Shown in pieces: positions 5,026-11,880 of a stretch of 11,880 bases of DNA. The DNA is from a virus. Taxonomy: Duplodnaviria; Heunggongvirae; Uroviricota; Caudoviricetes; Schitoviridae. The notes beneath the pieces were generated by a model that saw only the letters and a list, made by a program, of their open reading frames with translations, did no database searches and was not told where the DNA came from. The stretch covers positions 1 through 11,880 of the IMG/VR virus record IMGVR_UViG_2974672398_000001. One strand, given 5' to 3'. A program made the translations under genes and the position numbers. Every line of letters begins with the position of its first letter. The first letter of the stretch is position 1.

Positions 5026-7763
5026 ACAGATATAAGAGTACATGTACATCAAGTGCAGCCCTAGTGAATAAGTACATTGGTACTGCTTATGATCACGTAA
5101 AGAATGTGTCAGATAACATTGAAGATGTTAAGACAGTTGCAGATGCACTAGGCGAAGACTTTCCTGAGGACGGGTTAGACACCTTGGTGGATAATATTGA
5201 TGACGTGGTAACGGTTGCTAATAACCTTGGTGTTGTTACTACTGTTGCAAATATTAGTAATGAAGTAGTCACTGTTGCAGGTATTGAACAAGAGATCATT
5301 GATGTACCTAGCTATACAGCTCAGGCTATTGATGCTGCTAATGCTGCAGAGCAGGATGCTGATAGGGCGGAAGCTGAAGCAGCTCGAGCAACAACTGAAG
5401 CGGACCGTGCTACCGATGCTGCGGATACAGCGTTAGAAGATTTTGAAGCTACCTTCCGAGCACAGTTTGTATATAAAAGAATTGGAAATATTTCAGATGT
5501 AGTTGGTCAGCAGCTCCCAGAGTCGGATAAGTTGAACTCTTACCAATACCCAGATGATTCCGGTGAGTGGTATGGTCCAGTTCAAGTTCAAGTTTTCCCG
5601 ATTACAATCCCAACTGACCCTTCAAGTGATGATGGGTGGGCTTTGGTTAATGCACTGACGATTGATAATGCTGGACTGGGCAAAGTCACTGCTGATGGTT
5701 CTACTACTCCTAGAACTCTGAGCGATCGCTTTTCTGATGTTATTAACGTTAAGGACTTCGGGGCTGTTGGTGACGGGGTTACAGATGACACTGCTGCATT
5801 TAAAGCTGCTCTCCTGTTCGCCTCTCCATTTGATAGCTTCCCCATTGGCACGAACTTTTTTAATAGCGGTTACTATCAAACATCTGGTGGCACAGTATAT
5901 GTTCCAAATGGTAAGTATCGACTTACTGAGAATTTATACCTAAATCATGGAGTGTCGCTTATAGGTCAAGAAAGTACGCAAGCTAGATGGGGTTCGCCTA
6001 CAGTTCAAACGTGGAATCAACACGGTTGCGCGAACCTGTATTACGACTTGCCACAGGATGCAGAGGTGATCTGTCTTGATACTGTAGGATTCGACAATAC
6101 CACAGGCCTCAGATCCACAAATCAAGGTGAGATATTGGGGTCCGACATTGATAGTGGCAAGATCTCGCTAGGTAAAGTTGTTATCAGAAATATAACAATA
6201 TCTATGGACGAAGGTAAGGCTATTTTTTGTGGATTGAGAGTGGCAGGTTCACCAACATCTGTGATTGAAAATGTAGCAGTTGTCGGCAGACCGCTTATAG
6301 CTATTATGCAGTCTGCAAGCTGGGCAGCAAAATGGAAAGATATCTTTACACGTTCGAGCGGTCGCGGGTTGCACATACGAGGAGCAAACGCAGGGGCGAC
6401 GTTTGAGAATTGCTATATAAGCGGCTTTGGTTCCGCAGGTGTCGGCTTCCCACCAGAACGACCAATAGATCACACTAAGATATTTGAAGGTGCTATAGAT
6501 GACCAAGGTTTTTCAACTGGTATTAGCTCGACAGATGTAGGGCATATAAATTTTAAAAATGTATTAACTGAAAGTTGGGAAAGAAGCTATATTATATCAA
6601 ACTGTTACGGGTTGACAGTTGGTGATAGTTATCATGAAAATTTTACAGAGATCGGTTTCGATATATACTCGTCAACTGTAGCAATCGAATCCCCACGATT
6701 ATCGTCAACAGCTCCAGCTGGTGAACCGCTCAACGCGGTCGGATTGCGTGTTAAGGATTTAACCTACCCTGGCGGTGTGGTAGTGACCCAGACATATCAG
6801 GGTCCACCTGTTTACTCACAGGACACTGGTGGATACAGGGTTACAAAGCAGTTCATAGAAGTGGTTTCAGGCTGCGCAGATGGCTCAGTGATAGTTACAG
6901 GTGGGCACAGACCAGTGCTCGGTGACGTGTACAACCCTGCTGTGATACTGCCACAGCAATCCGAAGAAGTTGTCAGGTTTTTTGTAGCTGACGCTGATTA
7001 CACCGATCCAGCTGGTGTTAACATTGTGCCGACAGACGCGGGGCTTGGTTACTCTCACGAACTACCTCTGAAAACAATCGAAGAGGCATTGTCGAGATGC
7101 ACTAGAGCTGGGACTTACACGATCATACTCGCACGAGGTGGTAACTACTCATTAGCTGATTTATCAGTTGCTAGAAATATTGCAAATGTAAATATAACTA
7201 TAACAGCAGACACGTCAACGACTGGAGATAATCCAATATTCGGCAAGCCGACTGACGGAAACTATAGACTGCTCACGTTTGAAAATAGCAGTGTTAAATG
7301 CTCAAGCACTGTCGATGTTGCAACAGGATCGAATAAAGGGATTTTTAACGCAAAGGGTAGGTCAACGTTTATTTTCGAAGGTTTAATTGATTTCTTAACA
7401 TCAACAGGAGCCCTTGTTAACTCTGATTATTCAACAGCCGATATTAGCGTTCTAATTTCAGGGACTGCGAGTCTGTCAGGAGTGGGGTTTATAGCCGGTA
7501 CTAGAGCTAGTGCTAACGGAGAAAGGGGGGTTATCGGGTTTTCTTCTGATATAGATCTCGGAACTATTCAGTCTAACCCATTTAATCCGCTGTTCTGGAG
7601 TATTAAATTTGACGGGAGAACTGACTCAACAGGCTATAGAATGTACACGGGGGTTCCAAATATTCCACCGAATTATGTTGGTGAGGAATTATTAGACACT
7701 ATAAACCTAAATTTTTACAAGGCTATTGGATTGAGTGGCACAGACTGGAAGTTAATGACGTAA
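5016..7763 (+). CDS. Tailspike / receptor-binding protein with right-handed beta-helix (pectate lyase superfamily); putative polysaccharide depolymerase
   Basis: 915 aa. N-terminal virion anchor (YIGTAYDHVKNV) with VxTVA repeats and an Ala/Asp/Glu coiled coil. Classic cap VINVKDFGAVGDGVTDDTAAFKAAL...GGTVYVPNGKY at aa 242-301, then beta-rich sequence. GGAGG RBS; overlaps the gp67-like stop. Confidence 0.88.
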   Translation: MGINRYKSTCTSSAALVNKYIGTAYDHVKNVSDNIEDVKTVADALGEDFPEDGLDTLVDNIDDVVTVANNLGVVTTVANISNEVVTVAGIEQEIIDVPSYTAQAIDAANAAEQDADRAEAEAARATTEADRATDAADTALEDFEATFRAQFVYKRIGNISDVVGQQLPESDKLNSYQYPDDSGEWYGPVQVQVFPITIPTDPSSDDGWALVNALTIDNAGLGKVTADGSTTPRTLSDRFSDVINVKDFGAVGDGVTDDTAAFKAALLFASPFDSFPIGTNFFNSGYYQTSGGTVYVPNGKYRLTENLYLNHGVSLIGQESTQARWGSPTVQTWNQHGCANLYYDLPQDAEVICLDTVGFDNTTGLRSTNQGEILGSDIDSGKISLGKVVIRNITISMDEGKAIFCGLRVAGSPTSVIENVAVVGRPLIAIMQSASWAAKWKDIFTRSSGRGLHIRGANAGATFENCYISGFGSAGVGFPPERPIDHTKIFEGAIDDQGFSTGISSTDVGHINFKNVLTESWERSYIISNCYGLTVGDSYHENFTEIGFDIYSSTVAIESPRLSSTAPAGEPLNAVGLRVKDLTYPGGVVVTQTYQGPPVYSQDTGGYRVTKQFIEVVSGCADGSVIVTGGHRPVLGDVYNPAVILPQQSEEVVRFFVADADYTDPAGVNIVPTDAGLGYSHELPLKTIEEALSRCTRAGTYTIILARGGNYSLADLSVARNIANVNITITADTSTTGDNPIFGKPTDGNYRLLTFENSSVKCSSTVDVATGSNKGIFNAKGRSTFIFEGLIDFLTSTGALVNSDYSTADISVLISGTASLSGVGFIAGTRASANGERGVIGFSSDIDLGTIQSNPFNPLFWSIKFDGRTDSTGYRMYTGVPNIPPNYVGEELLDTINLNFYKAIGLSGTDWKLMT

Positions 7764-7830
7764 TAGCTATACACTCTCACAATGTCACGGTATTTCGCTA
7801 ACCTATTCTATTCTCGTGATGTTTAACACT

Positions 7831-7869
7831 AAACCATAACCAAGTATGTAAATGATTTGGTTATGGTTT
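7831..7869. repeat. Perfect 13-bp inverted repeat with 13-nt spacer
   Basis: AAACCATAACCAA (7831-7843) / TTGGTTATGGTTT (7857-7869). There is no U tract beyond the stem on either strand. Confidence 0.9.
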
Positions 7870-7922
7870 CATACCTCAACACTCCACTACATAAAACCCC
7901 ACCTAGGCACTAACTTTGCAAT

Positions 7923-7956
7923 ACCCCACAATGACATTGTTATGGGGTTTTTCTTT
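7923..7956 (+). terminator. Probable intrinsic terminator after the tailspike gene
   Basis: ACCCCA (7923-7928) pairs with TGGGGT (7943-7948), with inner CAAT/ATTG pairing possible, followed by TTTTCTTT. Confidence 0.55.
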
Positions 7957-7999
7957 GTGTGGTAATGTATACTACCCCCTTTATCCAAGGAGAACACTT

Positions 8000-8449
8000 A
8001 TGTCAGATTGCATTAAAGTATCTATTGATGCTGATGTAGGCGCTACGCTTATATCACCCAACTTCTTTTCCATTGAAGAGTTGGTTCCACCGAGGTCTAC
8101 CATTGCAGAGATTGAAGAAGGAATTCTTAATGGTACCTATACTCCCATTGATCCAAACCTCTATACCTATGAGGGTCTAGTTAAGTTGGACTATGGCCAG
8201 CCTGTTGTTAACACTTTGACTATCACTATAGAGACGGTAACCATTGAAGGTCTTGATGAGCTTGGTAACCCAATCTCTACTGATTATGACGTAGTAGTCT
8301 TTAAGATCCTTCCCGAGGACACGATGCTTTGGGATAACAAAACTGCTTGTCTGTTGTTTGATATTAAACGTACAGAGATTGCAGACCCTACTAATATTGA
8401 TATCTGGGTTAAGGGTAAAATCAATGTGTGCCCTGTAATTACGGAGTAA
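8000..8449 (+). CDS. Acidic beta-rich protein, possibly a BppU-N/Ig-like fibre attachment module (149 aa from ATG 8000)
   Basis: AAGGAG (7987-7992) lies 7 nt before ATG 8000. The track's TTG start at 7916 would run through the terminator. The C-terminal pattern LLFDIK...IWVKGKINVCPVITE resembles BppU-N-like modules (recalled, unverified). Confidence 0.75.
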   Translation: MSDCIKVSIDADVGATLISPNFFSIEELVPPRSTIAEIEEGILNGTYTPIDPNLYTYEGLVKLDYGQPVVNTLTITIETVTIEGLDELGNPISTDYDVVVFKILPEDTMLWDNKTACLLFDIKRTEIADPTNIDIWVKGKINVCPVITE

Positions 8450-8453
8450 TCAT

Positions 8454-10148
8454 ATGGGAATGAACATAACTAACTCCCCTCAAGGGGAGTCTAATTTAGT
8501 AGTACAGGAGGGTACTCATATTGTTGTTAGTGAACCCGATGTACTTGTATGTGGTAATGATGATCCTCAATTACTGGGTATTAACTACGAGAAGCCCACT
8601 GACTGTATTAAACCTAATGGCACTTACTTACAAGGTCCTCCGGGTCCTCCGGGGAGTGATGGGCAGCAAGGCCCAAGAGGTTTCCAAGGTATCCAAGGAC
8701 CAATAGGTCCGGGAGGTACAGGCCCAGAGGGTCCCCCGGGAGTAGATAGATATACTTGGATTAAGTATGCAGACTCTATTACTCCACCTCCTGAGGATAT
8801 GTTTAATGAATCTGGTTACAGATATATTGGTATTGCACATAACCAGTTGGTTATACAAGGTGGAGGTGACCCAAATGAATCAGATTACACTGTATATCAG
8901 TGGAGTCAGATACTTGGTGTAGATGGCGATTCAATAGTAGGTCCAGCCGGTCCTCAGGGTATTCCCGGGGAAGACGGTTCAGGTTTTAACTGGGTAGGTC
9001 AGTTCCCTCAAGATCCTACAGAGGTAGAGTTGGGTAGACCTCCTGAAGAAGGGGATACTTATTACAATACTTCGGATGGCACTAGCTATCACTACTTCTA
9101 CGGAGGTTGGGAAATACTTGTAGGTACAGGAGAGGGTGATGTAGGCCCTGCAGGCCCTGTAGGAGGCAGTTATATATGGAAGGGGGACTCTGATACCAAT
9201 CCTAGCTCTCCTAGCTATAACTGGCTGTATAGGAACACTACGGACAATCTTTATTATACTTTTGATGGTACTGCTTGGGTGTTAGCTACATCAGATGGTA
9301 GATCTAATATTACCGGTACACCTCTTATTGAAGGTAACTACTTTTATACGACTTATTACTCTGGAGCCACTCCTCCTCCACCTACCCTAGAGGGTGTTGC
9401 AAATGGTTGGAATCCTAACCCGGCTTCCTTTGCTCCCGGGACTATCACCCACGTATCGCAGAAGATTGGGTTTACTCCTACTGTTGGTGATTGGGGCCCT
9501 GTTACTAATATTGAGCTATTACCATTTAGAGGTCCATTTGGATTCCGTGGTAGTGCATCAACATCTGTTGGCATTGTAGGTTGGGACCAAGTATGGAGTG
9601 ATAAGATTGCAGAACAGTTCCTATCAGGTGCACCGCAAGAGTTTGATACTGTTACCCTGTATTTAGATGGTGATACTGGGGTACAAGAGACTAGACGTTT
9701 TGTTAACACAACAGGTGTTGCATGGGAATGGGAACCATATGAACCAGTAATACTAGAGAGGGTTGTAGGGGATGTTGATATATTCTCTTTACCTTTAGTA
9801 ACCGGTGCACACCCTAGTACGGTACGTAAGTCTTATACTATTTCTAAGAGTTCAGAAAAGGATTATGTTGTTTCTGTTTCATCTATGGAAGTGGAGATTG
9901 TTGAAGGTACTGGTACAGCTACTGTAGTAGTAGATGTTGCTTTAGATGGCGTAGTAGATGACAGTTCTACAATATCTAGTAACAATAGATCACTAACAAA
10001 AGGGTTATTTACTGCTATACCTCAAGGATCAGGGGATGTAGAATTGACACTTAATACTAGTATTACACTTACAGGAGATGCTAGTGCATCAATTAATGCA
10101 CAGAAGATTCTATTTACCTATAACGGGGTGAATAACACTTTCAACTAA
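8454..10148 (+). CDS. Collagen-like tail fibre / adhesin
   Basis: 564 aa with three Gly-X-Y segments (aa 61-98, GPAGPQGIPGED, GDVGPAGPVG). They are interspersed with a YTWIKYAD module and two NTxD..Y..W repeats, followed by a Thr/Val/Ser-rich beta C-terminus. RBS GGAG lies 7 nt upstream. Confidence 0.8.
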   Translation: MGMNITNSPQGESNLVVQEGTHIVVSEPDVLVCGNDDPQLLGINYEKPTDCIKPNGTYLQGPPGPPGSDGQQGPRGFQGIQGPIGPGGTGPEGPPGVDRYTWIKYADSITPPPEDMFNESGYRYIGIAHNQLVIQGGGDPNESDYTVYQWSQILGVDGDSIVGPAGPQGIPGEDGSGFNWVGQFPQDPTEVELGRPPEEGDTYYNTSDGTSYHYFYGGWEILVGTGEGDVGPAGPVGGSYIWKGDSDTNPSSPSYNWLYRNTTDNLYYTFDGTAWVLATSDGRSNITGTPLIEGNYFYTTYYSGATPPPPTLEGVANGWNPNPASFAPGTITHVSQKIGFTPTVGDWGPVTNIELLPFRGPFGFRGSASTSVGIVGWDQVWSDKIAEQFLSGAPQEFDTVTLYLDGDTGVQETRRFVNTTGVAWEWEPYEPVILERVVGDVDIFSLPLVTGAHPSTVRKSYTISKSSEKDYVVSVSSMEVEIVEGTGTATVVVDVALDGVVDDSSTISSNNRSLTKGLFTAIPQGSGDVELTLNTSITLTGDASASINAQKILFTYNGVNNTFN

Positions 10149-10162
10149 ATGAGGATACAATT

Positions 10163-10348
10163 ATGACTGGATTACTACTAGGAGTTTTAAAAAATGTGGG
10201 AGGCTATGTGATTGGTAAATTGCTTAAGCCTGAAACAGCAGTAGAGTTGCTGCTGGACTTTGGCGACATCATTGCTAGTCGCACTGATACGGATGTTGAT
10301 AATAAAGCAATGGCGAGTGTAAGAAAGGCTCTAGGCCATAAGGAGTAA
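10163..10348 (+). CDS. Small protein with amphipathic/hydrophobic N-terminus; possible lysis accessory
   Basis: 61 aa; RBS GAGG (10151-10154); adjacent to the transmembrane gene. The function is inferred from position only. Confidence 0.7.
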   Translation: MTGLLLGVLKNVGGYVIGKLLKPETAVELLLDFGDIIASRTDTDVDNKAMASVRKALGHKE

Positions 10349-10350
10349 GT

Positions 10351-10650
10351 ATGAACGAATGGCTCAAGACTAATGGTTTAACATTACTTCTTGTTATGGG
10401 CAGTGCAGTAAGCGTTTATACATCTATACATTCAAACCAGAAAGCTTTACAAATTGAGGTATACGAAATAGCTGCACACGTTAAGAGTGTAGATCGTAAA
10501 GTAGAGGGTATGCCTGTACTAGAACAAAGGATTGTGGCAAATGAGAATGGTATAGGCGAGCTAAAACCTATAATGGCGAATCTAGCTAAAGGAGTTAATG
10601 CACTCAATGTTACCTTAGCAAAAATGGAAGGTAAGTTAGCCAGTAAGTAA
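10351..10650 (+). CDS. Single-pass membrane protein with coiled coil; holin candidate
   Basis: 99 aa. Hydrophobic LTLLLVMGSAVSVYTSI is followed by a heptad-like helix. AAGGAG RBS. It sits where N4 has its lysis genes (after the tail genes). Confidence 0.65.
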   Translation: MNEWLKTNGLTLLLVMGSAVSVYTSIHSNQKALQIEVYEIAAHVKSVDRKVEGMPVLEQRIVANENGIGELKPIMANLAKGVNALNVTLAKMEGKLASK

Positions 10651-10651
10651 T

Positions 10652-10684
10652 AAAAAAGCCTCCGTAACTGGAGGCTTCTTTTTT
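10652..10684. terminator. Bidirectional Rho-independent terminator between convergent units
   Basis: A6 - AAGCCTCC - GTAACT - GGAGGCTT - CTTTTTT, located between stops at 10650 (+) and 10683 (-). Confidence 0.92.
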
Positions 10685-11045
10685 AGTAAGACCACACGGT
10701 TTTAAACTCCCGCATATCTAAGTGAATGAACCGAGCATTACCTTTCTGGTTAACTCCAATACCGGTAAAACCCTTCTTAAAAGCTAACTCCAATACTTGG
10801 TGTGCTTTCTCACGATCTACCTTAATATCTACAGCAGCAATGTTATGCTGTCCCGGCTTCTTCTTTTTAATTTCCTCAGGGTGCTCACTACAGCGATACC
10901 CAGATGAGATAGCAAGTGGGAAACCTAGTTCAGTTCTCATGTCCTGTACAATATCCATAAGTTCTACGAACTCTAAGTTAGGGTTAGCGTCCCCACAACA
11001 ACGGCAGTTAAGTTCTGCATCTGAAAAGTTAGGCCACTCGTTCAT
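10683..11045 (-). CDS. Peptidase M15A-family zinc metallopeptidase (putative endolysin)
   Basis: 120 aa with ELNCRCCG, ISSGYRC, QH...AVDI and RFIHLD motifs giving His/Asp/His zinc ligands. GGAG RBS. It overlaps the phoH stop by 17 nt. No signal or SAR sequence. Confidence 0.88.
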   Translation of the reverse strand: MNEWPNFSDAELNCRCCGDANPNLEFVELMDIVQDMRTELGFPLAISSGYRCSEHPEEIKKKKPGQHNIAAVDIKVDREKAHQVLELAFKKGFTGIGVNQKGNARFIHLDMREFKTVWSY

Positions 11046-11772
11046 AATCTAACTCCACGAGACCTTCAGCCTCATCCCAGCCCATGATGATATCTTTAAC
11101 TGCTTCAGAACGAACAATGTCGTCATAATCACAGAAGTCTACATGTTGTACAGTATCTTTTAGTAGGCGACTCTTGTTACGTAGTTCAAGAAACTCTTTA
11201 ACACCACTCTTAGCGATATCTACTTGATTAACATCACCACAGATACACATTGTTGAGTTCTCACCAATACGTGTCATTAGGGTTTTAAGTTCTTTTAAGG
11301 TACAATCCTCTGCTTCATCAACAATGATAAAAGCGTTATCCCATGAGTTACCTTTAGCGGTCTCAAGTGGACAGAACTCAATCATACCGATCTCTTCGTT
11401 AAGCATGTACTCAAGTTGGCCGGGAGAGAACTCTTTACGTAGTGTACCTAAGATAGGTTGTAGCCATTGAAGCATCTTGTCTTCTTTGGTTCCTTTAAAG
11501 AAACCTAGAGAGTTAGATGCAGATGCAGCTGGACGAATCAGTACGATCTTCTCAATGCCTTTTTGTTTAAGCCATAGCGAAGCTAATCGAGTAGGTATAT
11601 AGGTTTTACCTGTACCGGCATGACCAGTAGCGATAGTAATAGGAGTATGTTTAATAGCATTCATGTAGCGACTTTGTACTTCATTCTGTGGAGCTAGTGC
11701 GGTTGCAGCCTTAAATGACTCGTTTACTTTCTTTGCACGAGTATTTTTATCAGCTTGGGTTCGTTTAGTCAT
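11029..11772 (-). CDS. phoH: PhoH-family ATPase
   Basis: Walker A GHAGTGKT, VLIRPA, LGFFKG, Walker B IIVDEAE, RIGENS..CICGDVNQVD and DIVRS. AAGGA RBS lies 9 nt upstream. Confidence 0.93.
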   Translation of the reverse strand: MTKRTQADKNTRAKKVNESFKAATALAPQNEVQSRYMNAIKHTPITIATGHAGTGKTYIPTRLASLWLKQKGIEKIVLIRPAASASNSLGFFKGTKEDKMLQWLQPILGTLRKEFSPGQLEYMLNEEIGMIEFCPLETAKGNSWDNAFIIVDEAEDCTLKELKTLMTRIGENSTMCICGDVNQVDIAKSGVKEFLELRNKSRLLKDTVQHVDFCDYDDIVRSEAVKDIIMGWDEAEGLVELDYERVA

Positions 11773-11804
11773 ATTATAGTTTCCTTATCAGGGGCGATGG
11801 AGTT

Positions 11805-11833
11805 AAGATAAGCTTAATTTAAAATTCTTTCAA
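11805..11833 (-). promoter_or_regulatory. sigma70-like promoter for phoH-M15A
   Basis: On the - strand: TTGAAA (11833-11828, 5/6), 17-nt spacer, TATCTT (11810-11805). Confidence 0.6.
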
Positions 11834-11860
11834 CACTTAAAGGCAGGGGGCCTTAAATTT

Positions 11861-11880
11861 ATGAGCGAAACTCAAGAAAT
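11861..11880 (+). CDS. Possible start of the next + strand gene (MSETQE...), truncated by the window edge
   Basis: ATG at 11861 with six open codons to the edge, divergent from phoH. RBS is weak. There is too little sequence to be sure. Confidence 0.3.

Noticed and set aside
5093-6506. Seven alternative-frame or antisense ORFs within the tailspike
   Set aside because: Low-complexity shadows explained by codon bias, without RBS.
7850-7869. Fur-box-like AAATGAT...TTAT
   Set aside because: Only the left half resembles the consensus; the sequence is better explained by the inverted repeat.
7764-7999. tRNA or CRISPR-like array in the intergenic region
   Set aside because: No cloverleaf or GTTCRA T-loop, and no regularly spaced direct repeats.
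8521-9709. Four alternative ORFs within the collagen fibre, including a Leu-rich TM-looking one (9394-9579)
   Set aside because: Leu/Val runs arise from reading T-ending codons out of frame, and there are no RBS.
10416-11052. ORFs 10416-10607 (-) and 10726-11052 (+); nested Rz1-like o-spanin searched for in the 99-aa gene
   Set aside because: Antisense shadows. Alternative + frames in the 99-aa gene close within a few codons and contain no lipobox.
11773-11880. Pho box upstream of phoH
   Set aside because: No CTGTCAT-like 11-bp tandem repeat was found in the available upstream sequence on either strand.

Overview
This window is a segment of a lytic phage genome. Its gene content and order match N4-like podoviruses (Schitoviridae); a marine gammaproteobacterial host such as Vibrio is a weak inference. 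The + strand carries the late/packaging block: an N4 gp69-like protein, three small overlapping ORFs (one a 36-aa zinc ribbon missing from the ORF track), the terminase large subunit, an N4 gp67-like virion protein, a 915-aa beta-helix tailspike, an acidic 149-aa protein, a collagen-like fibre and two small lysis-position genes. Two compact - strand cassettes, each with a sigma70-like promoter and an intrinsic terminator, flank this block. One encodes a ClpP-family protease with an intact triad plus a small protein with a canonical EF-hand loop and basic tail. The other encodes PhoH plus a peptidase M15A. Positions ~170-350 hold a G12 run, clustered palindromes and a C(GTA)G hairpin oriented like an N4 virion-RNAP promoter, upstream of an unlisted ORF that runs off the left edge. 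This region is probably the genome-end/terminal-repeat junction. No tRNA, rRNA, CRISPR array, intein or mobile element was seen. All family assignments come from motif recognition by eye, not from database searches.
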